Below are positions 10,284 through 20,215 of a DNA stretch of 64,000 nt, piece after piece (position 1 is the stretch's first letter; every line of letters starts with the position of its first letter). Source of the stretch: Bacteroidales bacterium. GTDB taxonomy: Bacteria; Bacteroidota; Bacteroidia; Bacteroidales; VadinHA17. The notes beneath the pieces are model-generated. The model ran no database searches and had not been told where the DNA came from. It saw only the letters and a list, made by a program, of their open reading frames with translations. A program made the translations under genes and the position numbers. Where the stretch lies: positions 2,528-66,527 of the forward strand of contig JBBQJD010000003.1 in NCBI GenBank assembly GCA_038325595.1. The letters are read 5' to 3'.

Positions 10284-10892
10284 ATGATTATTCATTCAGC
10301 CGAGTTCATAAAAAGCAGCCCCGGTTTAAGAGATTGTCCTCCTCCTTCAAAGCCTGAGTTTGCTTTTATCGGAAGGTCAAATGTCGGAAAATCTTCCCTT
10401 ATAAACATGCTTACCGGCTGGTCAAAGCTTGCAAAAACATCGGTTCAGCCGGGAAAAACAAGAACGATAAATCATTTTATTGTAAATGACAGCTGGTACC
10501 TTGTGGATCTTCCGGGTTACGGATATGCGAAGGTTCCCATTAAACTAAGGGAAAAATGGGTTAAAGCCACCGAGAACTATATTCTGAAAAGGGAAAACCT
10601 GGTATGTCTGTTTGTACTTCTTGATACCAGGCATAAACCACAGGCTTCAGATCTGAAGTTTATGGAGTTCCTGGGAAATAACCAGATAGCCTTTGCGAGG
10701 GTTTTTACAAAAAGCGATAAAATAACTTCTGAAGGGCTGGAAAAATCAGTAGATTTATATAATACTGAAATGCTCAGGAACTGGGAGTCTCTTCCTGTTT
10801 CATTTATTTCATCTGCCGTAAAGGGCACAGGTAGAGTTGAAATTCTGAACTATATTGAAGTTTCTATGAACAATTTATCAAATGAGGCTTGA
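10284..10892 (+). CDS. yihA: Ribosome biogenesis GTP-binding protein YihA/EngB (YsxC)
   Basis: 202 aa; GRSNVGKSSLIN (G1), DLPGYGYA (G3), TKSDK (G4). Confidence 0.9.
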   Translation: MIIHSAEFIKSSPGLRDCPPPSKPEFAFIGRSNVGKSSLINMLTGWSKLAKTSVQPGKTRTINHFIVNDSWYLVDLPGYGYAKVPIKLREKWVKATENYILKRENLVCLFVLLDTRHKPQASDLKFMEFLGNNQIAFARVFTKSDKITSEGLEKSVDLYNTEMLRNWESLPVSFISSAVKGTGRVEILNYIEVSMNNLSNEA

Positions 10893-10909
10893 TATTACAG
10901 GGAATTTTT

Positions 10910-10917
10910 AATTTTGC
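10910..10917 (+). promoter_or_regulatory. Candidate -7 promoter box TAATTTTG
   Basis: 41 nt upstream of the prs ATG (10958). Confidence 0.45.
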
Positions 10918-10957
10918 ATTCAGATTTTTTGGTATATAACAGCTAAATAACAGGAAT

Positions 10958-11896
10958 ATGTTTGGAATAGCACCTATGAAACTCTTCTCCTGCACCGGAT
11001 CTCAACATCTGGCTCAGATGATTGCTGATAAACTCGGGATTGAAATCGGCAAGAGTTCAGTAACCAGATTCAGTGACGGTGAATTTCAACCATGTTTTGA
11101 TGAGTCTGTAAGGGGATGTATGGTTTTTATAGTTCAGTCAACAAATCCTCCGGCTGATAACCTATTCGAGTTGCTTCTCATGATTGATGCAGCCAAGAGA
11201 GCGTCGGCCTACAAAGTTATTGCAGTTATTCCATACTATGGTTTTGCAAGACAGGACAGAAAAGACAGGCCCAGAGTATCAATAGGATCCAAATTATCAG
11301 CTGATCTGCTCAGCACTGCAGGTGTCGACAGGGTAATGACGATGGATCTTCATGCCGATCAGATACAGGGGTTTTTCAATGTTCCTGTCGATCATCTTTT
11401 CGGATCAGCCATCTTTGCTCCCTACATTGCAGATTTAAAACTGACAAATCTTTGTGTTTCTGCTCCTGATATGGGAGGTTCAAAAAGGGCAAATGCTTAT
11501 TCAAGGTATCTTCAATCTGAGATGGTTTTATGCTATAAGCTCCGGAAAAAACCCAATGTGATTGAAGAAATGTCTATTATTGGTGATGTGGATGGCAGAA
11601 ATGTAGTAATAATAGATGATATGGTCGACACAGCAGGAACCCTGGTTCTGGCAGCCGATATGATGAAGGAAAGGGGAGCTTTGAGCATAAGGGCATTCGC
11701 AACCCATCCTATTCTTTCAGGAAATGCACTACAAAGAATTAATGATTCATCCATCGAGGAACTTGTTGTTACCGATTCAGTCCCTTTTGTGAATACTTCC
11801 AATAAGATAAAAGTGCTTTCAATCGCAGAAATTTTTGCCAGGACAATCCATGCTGTAACCACTAATCAGTCAATAAGCACAAATTTTTTATTCTGA
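10958..11896 (+). CDS. prs: Ribose-phosphate pyrophosphokinase
   Basis: 312 aa; YYGFARQDRK, DLHADQIQGFF and VVIIDDMVDTAGT PRPP-binding loop. Confidence 0.95.
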   Translation: MFGIAPMKLFSCTGSQHLAQMIADKLGIEIGKSSVTRFSDGEFQPCFDESVRGCMVFIVQSTNPPADNLFELLLMIDAAKRASAYKVIAVIPYYGFARQDRKDRPRVSIGSKLSADLLSTAGVDRVMTMDLHADQIQGFFNVPVDHLFGSAIFAPYIADLKLTNLCVSAPDMGGSKRANAYSRYLQSEMVLCYKLRKKPNVIEEMSIIGDVDGRNVVIIDDMVDTAGTLVLAADMMKERGALSIRAFATHPILSGNALQRINDSSIEELVVTDSVPFVNTSNKIKVLSIAEIFARTIHAVTTNQSISTNFLF

Positions 11897-11907
11897 TTTC
11901 TTTGTAA

Positions 11908-11915
11908 TATATTTG
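11908..11915 (+). promoter_or_regulatory. Candidate -7 promoter box TATATTTG
   Basis: 88 nt upstream of the rplY ATG. The leader contains a 7-bp hairpin GATTATC/GATAATC near 11955-11975. Confidence 0.4.
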
Positions 11916-12002
11916 CACCCTGTTTTTTAAAATATTGACAAACGTGTAATGGGGGATTATCATGAGGATAATCTTTAGTAGCACAATAACAATCCATTTA
12001 AA

Positions 12003-12656
12003 ATGAAAACTTTAGAAATCAAAGCATCTTTCCGTACAGAACTGGGTAAGAAGAGTACAAAGCAAATCAGAAAAGAGGGAAATGTACCATGTGTTATTTA
12101 TGGTAAAGAAAAGAATCTTCACTTTCATGCCCATGAGAATAGTTTCAAAAATCTTGTTTATACACACGAAGCTCATCTGGTAAAGCTCCTTATCGATGAT
12201 AAAGAGTATAGTGCAGTTCTTAAGGATATGCAGTTTCATCCGGTAAGCGATAGGATTTTGCATGCAGATTTTATCGAGATATTTGATAATAAAATGGTTA
12301 CAATCAATGTACCAATTAAAGTATCAGGTGATTCAGCAGGAGTTATCGCAGGCGGAAAATTGAGCATCAAGAGAAGGACTTTGAAGGTTAAGGGTTACGC
12401 AAAGGATCTGCCTGAGTTTCTGCAGATGGACATAACAAACCTGAAAATTCATGAGGGATTTAAGGTAGGAGATCTGTCATATGATAAGATCGAGCTACTG
12501 GATCCTAAAAAATCAATGGTTCTTACAATTGCAACATCACGTCTGGCTGCCAAGTCCGAAGAGGAAGTTGCAACCGAGAAAGCAGCTGAAGAACAGGCAG
12601 CAGCAACAGCAGCAGCAGCAGCTGCCCCTGCAGCAGGAGCAGAATCTAAGAGTTAA
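12003..12656 (+). CDS. rplY: 50S ribosomal protein L25 / general stress protein Ctc, with Ala-rich C-terminal tail
   Basis: 217 aa; RKEGNVPCVIYG, HPVSDRILHADF; tail ...EKAAEEQAAATAAAAAAPAAGAESKS. Confidence 0.9.
   Translation: MKTLEIKASFRTELGKKSTKQIRKEGNVPCVIYGKEKNLHFHAHENSFKNLVYTHEAHLVKLLIDDKEYSAVLKDMQFHPVSDRILHADFIEIFDNKMVTINVPIKVSGDSAGVIAGGKLSIKRRTLKVKGYAKDLPEFLQMDITNLKIHEGFKVGDLSYDKIELLDPKKSMVLTIATSRLAAKSEEEVATEKAAEEQAAATAAAAAAPAAGAESKS
12597..12641 (+). repeat. In-frame (GCA)n-type trinucleotide tract inside rplY
   Basis: gca gca gca aca gca gca gca gca gct gcc cct gca gca gga gca, read directly; encodes the poly-Ala tail. Confidence 0.9.
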
Positions 12657-12683
12657 TCTGGTTTGTAACAACAGTCAGACCTG

Positions 12684-13301
12684 ATGAAATATCTGATAGT
12701 TGGGCTGGGAAATATAGGCGAGGATTATAAGGATACCCGCCACAATATAGGTTTTACAGTATTGGATGCCATGGCTTTGGCATCCAATACTTTTTTTTCT
12801 GACAGACGGTACGGGGCAGTTTGCGAAATCAAATACAAAGGCCGCGATCTGATACTATTAAAGCCTTCCACATTTGTGAATCTCAGTGGTAATGCAGTCA
12901 ATTACTGGCTTAAGAAGGAAAACATAATCCTTGAGAATATGCTTGTAATAGTTGATGACATTGCCCTTCCTCTGGGTAGTATCAGGATGAGATCAAAAGG
13001 AAGTGACGGTGGGCATAACGGGCTCGCTCATATCAGCAATACTCTTGCAACTAATGAATATCCGAGGATCAGAATCGGAGTAGGCAGCAATTTCAGGAAA
13101 GGCACCCAGGTTGATTATGTTCTAGGTACCTGGGATCAGGAAGAAAAAAAATTTCTGGCCGAAAGAATTCCCATAGTCATTGATATGATTAAGTCATTTG
13201 CTTTTGCCGGACTTGAACGGACGATGACTGCTTTTAACAAGGCCGGAAAAGTGCCTTCCCAGGCGAAAGAATCAGAATCTGAAAAGAAAAATCCGGAATA
13301 A
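12684..13301 (+). CDS. pth: Aminoacyl-tRNA (peptidyl-tRNA) hydrolase
   Basis: 205 aa; LIVGLGNIG..Y..TRHNIGF and GSDGGHNGL motifs. Confidence 0.95.
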   Translation: MKYLIVGLGNIGEDYKDTRHNIGFTVLDAMALASNTFFSDRRYGAVCEIKYKGRDLILLKPSTFVNLSGNAVNYWLKKENIILENMLVIVDDIALPLGSIRMRSKGSDGGHNGLAHISNTLATNEYPRIRIGVGSNFRKGTQVDYVLGTWDQEEKKFLAERIPIVIDMIKSFAFAGLERTMTAFNKAGKVPSQAKESESEKKNPE

Positions 13302-13311
13302 CCCACCAGTA

Positions 13312-13713
13312 ATGGATGAAAATAAGTCAATACGGATTGATAAGTTTCTCTGGGCGGTAAGATTGTATAAAACAAGGAGCATCGCTTCGGAAGAATGCAG
13401 AAAAGGCAGGATAATCATAAATGATATCCAGGTCAAATCATCGAGGATGGTACAGCATAATGAGATAATTATAGTTAAAAAACCTCCTGTTGTCTTCTCA
13501 TTCCGTGTGAAGGAACCTATTGAAAACAGGGTATCTGCCAAATTAGTCCCCAATTATCTGGAAGATATTACACCAGAATCAGAAAAGGTAAAGCTCGATT
13601 TCCGCAATGCAGCCGGAACTATTTACAGGGATAAAGGAACCGGACGGCCGACCAAAAAAGAAAGAAGACTCATTGACAGGCTCCGCGATGATTCGGATGA
13701 ACCCTGGGAGTAG
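13312..13713 (+). CDS. hslR: S4-domain RNA-binding protein (Hsp15/HslR-like)
   Basis: 133 aa; IRIDKFLWAVRLYKTRSIASEECRKGRIIIN S4 fold signature; basic C-terminus. Confidence 0.75.
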   Translation: MDENKSIRIDKFLWAVRLYKTRSIASEECRKGRIIINDIQVKSSRMVQHNEIIIVKKPPVVFSFRVKEPIENRVSAKLVPNYLEDITPESEKVKLDFRNAAGTIYRDKGTGRPTKKERRLIDRLRDDSDEPWE

Positions 13714-13868
13714 ACTCTTACAGGTGGTATAAAAGCGTAATATTTAGAAATTTATGGTTAAAGTAATTTCCTCCTTAATACCAGACATTCATTTTTTTTT
13801 ATCTTGCACAAAACTACTTTCAGCCAGTGATATGAGAAATCTGGTTCAAGGAAATATTTTTTTTATAC

Positions 13869-15212
13869 ATGGGCAAAGATAATATTGAAAAATATTCAGC
13901 AGGATATGCTTTACTAAAATCAGTCGCGGGTTTCTGGCACAACAAGGTCTTTTACAGGAAAGTCATAATTCTTGGACTTGACAATATCAATCCCGATCAT
14001 CATCTCATATTTGCCCCTAACCATCAGAATGCATTGATGGATGCCCTGGCTGTTCTTTTCACTCACAGCGGACAGCTTATTTTCCTTGCCAGGGCTGATA
14101 TTTTCAGGAAGAAGCCTATTGCAGCCATACTCTATTTTCTAAAAATATTGCCTGTGTACCGGATCAGGGATGGATTCAGCAGCCTGAAAGGAAATGACGA
14201 GATATTCACTAAAACTATTGATGTACTGAAAAACAGGAATGGTTTGGTTATTCTGCCGGAAGGTGATCATTCAGGATATCGCAGGCTCAGGCAATTAAAA
14301 AAAGGCATTTGCAGAGTTGCTTTTCAGTCAGAAGAGGCAACTGATTTCCAACTGAATATAAAAATAATACCTGTGGGGCTGGAATATTCAAATTACAGCA
14401 GGTACAGGCAGGTTTTGACAGTCGTTTATGGAAAACCAATTGAGGTATCAGAATATCATGAATCATACAAGACCAATCCCGAAAAAGCTCTTAATGAATT
14501 GAGATCCAGGCTTTCAGATAACATGAAAGATAATATGGTACATATTGAGCCTGAAGAGGATTACGAAGCTATCGATGAACTCACAACCATTGTTAACGGA
14601 AAGTTCAGTGATGATATTAAGTTTCCCAAGCTGTTCCACGACAGGGTACTCATTTCTAAATTAAAAACTCTCAAATCTTCCAATACTGAAGTATATAACA
14701 GGATGTGCGCTCTCAGCCTTCTGTTAAAGAAGAAAGCAAAGGAACTGCATATCGACTACAAATTGCTTGAAAAAAAGAAACATCCGCTGGGATGGCTGAT
14801 TGCAGGAGTTCTGGGCCTGATTGTTACCTTCCCGCTTTACATTTACGGGAATATCTTCAACCTGACATTTCTTGAAATTCCCAATCTCCAGATTCCAAAG
14901 ATCCGCGATCCTCAGTTTCATTCATCCATACGTTATGGATTATCGCTGATACTGGCAATTCTTTTCCTGCCTGTGTATCTCTTTCTCTCTATTTTTATCT
15001 TTTCTTCATGGTGGCTAGGCCTTGCCATTTTTCTGTCTCTTCCGCTTTCAGGTCTGTTTGCATGGAATTATTTCATTCAGTTCCGCAGAATCAAAGGAGG
15101 ATTTCGTGTCAGGAATTTTGTAAAACAAAGAAACAGTGAATTCGCACTTCTCCGTATGAGCCATACTGAGTTGATTAACCTGGCGGCAGCCTTACAAAAT
15201 GGAAAAGGATAA
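13869..15212 (+). CDS. Lysophospholipid / 1-acyl-sn-glycerol-3-phosphate acyltransferase family protein with C-terminal membrane domain
   Basis: 447 aa; acyltransferase block I NHQNALMD (HX4D), block III ILPEGDHS; three predicted TM helices near the C-terminus. Confidence 0.75.
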   Translation: MGKDNIEKYSAGYALLKSVAGFWHNKVFYRKVIILGLDNINPDHHLIFAPNHQNALMDALAVLFTHSGQLIFLARADIFRKKPIAAILYFLKILPVYRIRDGFSSLKGNDEIFTKTIDVLKNRNGLVILPEGDHSGYRRLRQLKKGICRVAFQSEEATDFQLNIKIIPVGLEYSNYSRYRQVLTVVYGKPIEVSEYHESYKTNPEKALNELRSRLSDNMKDNMVHIEPEEDYEAIDELTTIVNGKFSDDIKFPKLFHDRVLISKLKTLKSSNTEVYNRMCALSLLLKKKAKELHIDYKLLEKKKHPLGWLIAGVLGLIVTFPLYIYGNIFNLTFLEIPNLQIPKIRDPQFHSSIRYGLSLILAILFLPVYLFLSIFIFSSWWLGLAIFLSLPLSGLFAWNYFIQFRRIKGGFRVRNFVKQRNSEFALLRMSHTELINLAAALQNGKG

Positions 15213-16005
15213 ATTATTCGATGGCAAAGTAGCCTGGATAACCGGAGCATCATCAGGGATTGGGGAAGCACTTGTATATGCTTTCGTTTCAAGGAATGCA
15301 ACCGTAATAGCTTCATCCAATGACTTGTCAGGTCTTGAAAGGGTTAAAGCATCCTGCTCGGGAAGGTCATCTATGGTACATTGTGTTCCATTCGACCTCT
15401 CTGATACAGAAGGAATTGAAAAAATAGTTAAGGATCAGGTGAAAAATCTTGGAAAAATCGATTACCTCTTAAATATAGGCGGTATCAGCCAAAGAGCCCG
15501 GATCGATGAAACGCCATTATGGCTCGACAGGAAAATTTTTGAAATCAACTATTTTGGCACAATCGCTTTAACCAAAGCTGTATTGCCATTTATGATTCAG
15601 CAGAAATCAGGTCATATTCTTGCAACAAGCAGCATATCAGGACGATTCGGATTTCCTCTTCGTTCAGCCTACTCCGCATCCAAACAAGCTCTTCACGGCT
15701 TCTTTGAGACACTTTACCTTGAAAACAAGAAGTTCAATATCAGATCATCCGTTATTATTCCCGGAAGGGTCAGAACTTCAATTTCTATTCATGCACTTAA
15801 TTCAGAAGGCCGTGAGCATGGCAAACTTGATGAAGGTCAGGCAAAAGGCGTATCACCTGAAAATGCGGCAGAGACTATTATTAAAGGAATTATAAGGAAC
15901 AAACGGGAAATTCTGGTTGGAAAGGGTGAATTGATTATGCTCCATATAAGAAGATATATGCCATGGTTATTCTTCAGAATTGCGGATAAAATAAAATCAA
16001 CCTGA
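15199..16005 (+). CDS. SDR-family oxidoreductase
   Basis: 268 aa; TGASSGIGEA cofactor motif, YSASK active site; 14-nt overlap with the upstream gene. Confidence 0.85.
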   Translation: MEKDKLFDGKVAWITGASSGIGEALVYAFVSRNATVIASSNDLSGLERVKASCSGRSSMVHCVPFDLSDTEGIEKIVKDQVKNLGKIDYLLNIGGISQRARIDETPLWLDRKIFEINYFGTIALTKAVLPFMIQQKSGHILATSSISGRFGFPLRSAYSASKQALHGFFETLYLENKKFNIRSSVIIPGRVRTSISIHALNSEGREHGKLDEGQAKGVSPENAAETIIKGIIRNKREILVGKGELIMLHIRRYMPWLFFRIADKIKST

Positions 16006-16027
16006 CTGAACTTTTAAAAAAGAAATA

Positions 16028-17101
16028 ATGGAATACATAATAAGTGGCATTCAACAGATGGGAATCGGGGTGGAGAATATTCAGGAAGCCTGGAAATGGT
16101 ATATCAGCAATTTTGGAATGGATTGCCGTATTTTTGAAGATGAAGCAGAAGCAAAACTGATGTTGCCTTATACAGGAGGCAAGCCAAGAAGCCGGCATGC
16201 CGTACTGGCACTGAACCTTCAGAGTGGAGGAGGCTTTGAAATATGGCAGTACAAAGGACGGACACCTGTGAAAATCAATGAAGAAATAAGGATTGGTGAT
16301 CTGGGTATCATTGCATGTAAAATGAAGTCGAAAAACATCAATGAAACAATGCAATTGTACCGTAAGAATGGCTTGACATTGCCGGAAAGCCTGTCTGAAG
16401 ATCCATCCGGCAAGAAGACATTCTTCATTAAGGATCCGTACGGCAATTTATTTCAGCTTGTAGAAGCAGAAGACTGGTTCAGAAATGAGAAGAAAGGAAC
16501 CGGAGGATCATACGGAGCCATTATAGGTGTTTCTGATATTGAAAAGTCAAGGATTGTTTATTCCGAAATACTCGGATACGATAAAGTGGTTTACGACAAA
16601 ACCGGAGTTTTTTCAGACATTTCAGAGCTGCCGGGTGGGGAAAATGAATGTCGCCGGGTTTTGTTGAAAAGATCGGTCCCTTTTTCAGGCCCCTTTAGTA
16701 AAATACTGGGCAACAGCATGATAGAACTTGTGAAGACCACAGAAAAAACAGGAAAAAGAATATACGAAAATCGTTTCTGGGGCGATCCCGGATTTATTCA
16801 TTTGTGTTATGACATGAGGGGAATGGATAAACTGAGGGAGACATGTAAAAATAAAGGATTTCCTTTTACTGTCGACAGCCAGAACAGTCGTGAAGGGAAC
16901 AGCTTCGACATGGGTGAAGCTGCAGGTCACTTTTCGTATATTGAAGATCCGGACGGAACCCTTATTGAATTTGTTGAGACTCATAAAATACCAATACTGA
17001 AAAAATTCGGGTGGTACCTCGATCTTAGAAAAAGGGATCCTAATAAATCACTGCCTGAATGGATACTGAATACCCTTAAATTTTCCAGGGTCAGAAGTTA
17101 A
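16028..17101 (+). CDS. VOC (glyoxalase/bleomycin-resistance/dioxygenase) family protein, two-module
   Basis: 357 aa; repeated beta-alpha-beta-beta-beta-like modules (FFIKDPYGNLFQLVE, SYIEDPDGTLIEFVE). Confidence 0.65.
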   Translation: MEYIISGIQQMGIGVENIQEAWKWYISNFGMDCRIFEDEAEAKLMLPYTGGKPRSRHAVLALNLQSGGGFEIWQYKGRTPVKINEEIRIGDLGIIACKMKSKNINETMQLYRKNGLTLPESLSEDPSGKKTFFIKDPYGNLFQLVEAEDWFRNEKKGTGGSYGAIIGVSDIEKSRIVYSEILGYDKVVYDKTGVFSDISELPGGENECRRVLLKRSVPFSGPFSKILGNSMIELVKTTEKTGKRIYENRFWGDPGFIHLCYDMRGMDKLRETCKNKGFPFTVDSQNSREGNSFDMGEAAGHFSYIEDPDGTLIEFVETHKIPILKKFGWYLDLRKRDPNKSLPEWILNTLKFSRVRS

Positions 17102-17128
17102 TCAGCGAGTAAAGGAATCAGGTCATTA

Positions 17129-18334
17129 TCAGACTTTACCGGCCGATTTTTCTGTCTGACGCATTACCTTCATTACGTTTTCACCCCAGATCTTTGTGAT
17201 ATCGGATTTTGAGTATCCGCGTCTGAGAAGTTCAATTGTTATATTTTTTACCTCGGAGGCATCGCTGCATCCCTCTACTCCTCCTCCGCCGTCGAAATCG
17301 GTACCGATACCAACATAGTCAATACCAATCACCTGGACTACATGATCGATATGATCTGCAATATCCTTTACTGTTGCTAACTTCTCATATCTCTTATGGA
17401 TTTCCTTGTACTGAGTCCGTACAAATTTCTTGGTGTCTTCAGGAAGTGAGTTATAATCGCCATACTTTAACCTTAGATCTTCAAGCTTCTGGTTCATTTC
17501 AGGATGTGGTTCAGGAGTTTTAAGATAATTGCTCAGAATGCAGATTTGAATAACTCCTCCGTTTTCCTTAAGAGCAAGAAGCATGTCATCTGTGAAATTC
17601 CTCGGGCTTCCGCACAATGCCCTGCATGAGGAATGCGAAGCAATAACCGGAGCTTTGGTTATTTTCAAAACATCGTAATATGCCTTATCGGAAATATGAG
17701 ATACATCAACCATCATGCCCAAACGATTCATTTCCTTAACAACTTTCACACCCAGGTCAGACAATCCGTTATTTTCATTGCCGGCAGGATCAGTTGAAGA
17801 ATCACAAATATCATTATTTTTTGTATGTGCAAGAGTAATGTACCTGGCACCCAGATCATAATATTGTTCAATTCTTGAAAGATCAGTTCCGATCGGATAA
17901 CCATTCTCCAGTCCGATAAAAGCTGCAATCTTTCCATTTTTTTTCAGCCGGTAAGCATCATCGGCAGTGTAAGCAATTTCGGCGAGATGAGAATTATTCT
18001 CAACATTCTTATGTATTGAATCTATTATATTCAGCGTTTTCTGATGAACTGCACTAAATGATGAATCATCCCTTGGACCCTGACCGATAAATACTGCAAA
18101 GAACTCAGCATGAAGACCACCTTCAGCCATTCTGGGAAAATCAACACAACCCTCATCATGCCTTGTGCCAAGATCAAACCTTCCGCTTTCAAATTCCATG
18201 GGAGTATCACAATGTGTATCAACAGTCAGGATTGAAGCATGAATCCTGTCAGCCTGTCTGATCAGATTCTCCACTGTGTTCCCGCAACCGGACATTAGCA
18301 TTAAAAAAACAAGGATACCTATGTATAATTTCAT
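17129..18334 (-). CDS. Membrane dipeptidase (peptidase M19) lipoprotein
   Basis: 401 aa; lipobox LMSGC; VDTHCDTP, MMVDVSHIS, HSSCRAL and GIGTDFDGG motifs. Confidence 0.85.
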   Translation of the reverse strand: MKLYIGILVFLMLMSGCGNTVENLIRQADRIHASILTVDTHCDTPMEFESGRFDLGTRHDEGCVDFPRMAEGGLHAEFFAVFIGQGPRDDSSFSAVHQKTLNIIDSIHKNVENNSHLAEIAYTADDAYRLKKNGKIAAFIGLENGYPIGTDLSRIEQYYDLGARYITLAHTKNNDICDSSTDPAGNENNGLSDLGVKVVKEMNRLGMMVDVSHISDKAYYDVLKITKAPVIASHSSCRALCGSPRNFTDDMLLALKENGGVIQICILSNYLKTPEPHPEMNQKLEDLRLKYGDYNSLPEDTKKFVRTQYKEIHKRYEKLATVKDIADHIDHVVQVIGIDYVGIGTDFDGGGGVEGCSDASEVKNITIELLRRGYSKSDITKIWGENVMKVMRQTEKSAGKV

Positions 18335-18486
18335 ACATGTTTTATTTCATGCAAGATAATTTAAAATGACATCTGGGACTCTATTAATACGCTTCATTTA
18401 ACCTTATTTAACAAAGACTCAGCATATTCTGAGCCTGTTTCGAAATTATGTACACCATTAACAAGCTGCTTATATCTTTCTTGTGC

Positions 18487-18494
18487 TACTTTTG
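18487..18494 (+). promoter_or_regulatory. Candidate -7 promoter box TACTTTTG
   Basis: 47 nt upstream of the lnt ATG (18542). Confidence 0.4.
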
Positions 18495-18541
18495 TATTCT
18501 CAGATAATTGGAGTCTGAAATATGTCATCAAGTTTTATTTA

Positions 18542-20137
18542 ATGAACAAATATACCCTTGTTGCTCTTTCAGTGACCGGAGGATTGCTTTCAGGGCTGGC
18601 TTGGACTGACTGGTGTACAGGTTTGATACTGCTTATATCCTTTATTCCATTCTATATACTTGAAGATCATATCTTTAATAACAGAAAGAGATACAGTCCA
18701 AATGCTTTCTTTATTTATTTGCTTCCCGGTTTTGTCATATTCAGCCTTACAACACTTGGATGGATGAGAGTAGCCAGCATGGCCGGTGCCATTAGCGTTA
18801 TACTGGGATTGTCATTCCTTATGGCATTCACAATGTGGTTGGCTCATCTTGTCAGATTGAAGGGCGGAAACATCGCAGGCTTAATTTCTTTCATTGTCTT
18901 CTGGCTTGCATTTGAACTGATAAGTCTTAATGTTAGCATTATCACTCCGTGGCTGAATCTTGGTAACGGACTTTCAAAGGATATAATGTTTATTCAGTGG
19001 TATGAGGTAACCGGTACCGCCGGCGGCTCATTATGGATATTATTGTCAAATCTTATCCTTGCCCGCTTTATCATAAGCAATAAGAGAAAAAACCTGATGA
19101 TTATTTTGTGGCTGATACTGGTTCTGGTACCTTCTGCAATCTCAATTAAAAGGTACATTACAATTAAAACATCTGAAAATGATGCCAGTGAGGTTGTAAT
19201 CATTCAACCAAATATTGATCCTTATTCTGAAAAGTTCGTGATACCTTTTGAGACTCAACTTGAAAAAGTCATTTCAATGGCCGGTAATGCCGCTTCTGAA
19301 AACACAAGCTGGATTGTTACACCCGAAACCACGGTTGATGATCCCGTAAACCTTGATGATCTGGATAATAATCTATATATCAGGAGGATAAGGGACCTTG
19401 CTGCAAAAAAACCACAGATATGCGTTATAACCGGGCTGGTCAGCTATAAATTATATCCTCCCTCTGAAATGCCGCCAACCAAAAGTGCAAGAAAAACCGG
19501 TACGTCAGAAGATTATTATGACCATTTCAATTCAGCCTTCAGAATTGATACAGGAAAGATTATTGAGGTATATCACAAATCAAAGCTGGTCCCGGGTATT
19601 GAAATGCAGTTTTCTACCGGTCCCGGGCGAATGATCGCAAGAATACTTCCATATCTGGGAGGAACAAGATGGGGATATGGAATGCAGGATGAAAGAATTA
19701 ATTTTAATCATCCTCTCCTGTTATACAGTATCGCTCCTGTTATTTGTTATGAATCAGTTTTTGGCAGCTATGTTACGGATTATGTAAGGAAGGGTGCCAA
19801 AGCTTTATTCATAATTACCAATGACGGCTGGTGGAAAAGTACAGATGGATATAAGCAGCATCTCTCCTTTGCCTCATTGAGGGCTATCGAAACCAGAAGA
19901 CCTGTTATAAGATCAGCCAATACGGGCATTTCCTGTATTATTGATATCAGGGGAAAAAGAATCGCAGAGAGTGACTGGTGGACTCAGGAGGTATTAAAGG
20001 GCAGCTTTATTCCTGAAAACAGAATTACTCCTTATGTAAAATATGGTGACTATATTCTGCGTATTTCTTTATTGATAAGTATATTAATAATCCTTATTAA
20101 TTTTGTTGCCATGCCCATCAGAAGAAAAGTAAGATGA
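18542..20137 (+). CDS. lnt: Apolipoprotein N-acyltransferase
   Basis: 531 aa; multi-TM N-terminus followed by a CN-hydrolase domain (VTPETT, HKSKLVPGIE, PVICYESVF catalytic Cys). Confidence 0.9.
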   Translation: MNKYTLVALSVTGGLLSGLAWTDWCTGLILLISFIPFYILEDHIFNNRKRYSPNAFFIYLLPGFVIFSLTTLGWMRVASMAGAISVILGLSFLMAFTMWLAHLVRLKGGNIAGLISFIVFWLAFELISLNVSIITPWLNLGNGLSKDIMFIQWYEVTGTAGGSLWILLSNLILARFIISNKRKNLMIILWLILVLVPSAISIKRYITIKTSENDASEVVIIQPNIDPYSEKFVIPFETQLEKVISMAGNAASENTSWIVTPETTVDDPVNLDDLDNNLYIRRIRDLAAKKPQICVITGLVSYKLYPPSEMPPTKSARKTGTSEDYYDHFNSAFRIDTGKIIEVYHKSKLVPGIEMQFSTGPGRMIARILPYLGGTRWGYGMQDERINFNHPLLLYSIAPVICYESVFGSYVTDYVRKGAKALFIITNDGWWKSTDGYKQHLSFASLRAIETRRPVIRSANTGISCIIDIRGKRIAESDWWTQEVLKGSFIPENRITPYVKYGDYILRISLLISILIILINFVAMPIRRKVR

Positions 20138-20215
20138 AGTATCAGAATATTTTAGTACAGTATTATATAGTCATGAAAAAACTACCCGGGGAAATATCTA
20201 TCTGAAATAGGGTAA

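Noticed and set aside
12481-12684. 67-aa ORF with a poly-Gln run
   Set aside because: Alternative reading frame of the (GCA)n tract at the rplY 3' end.
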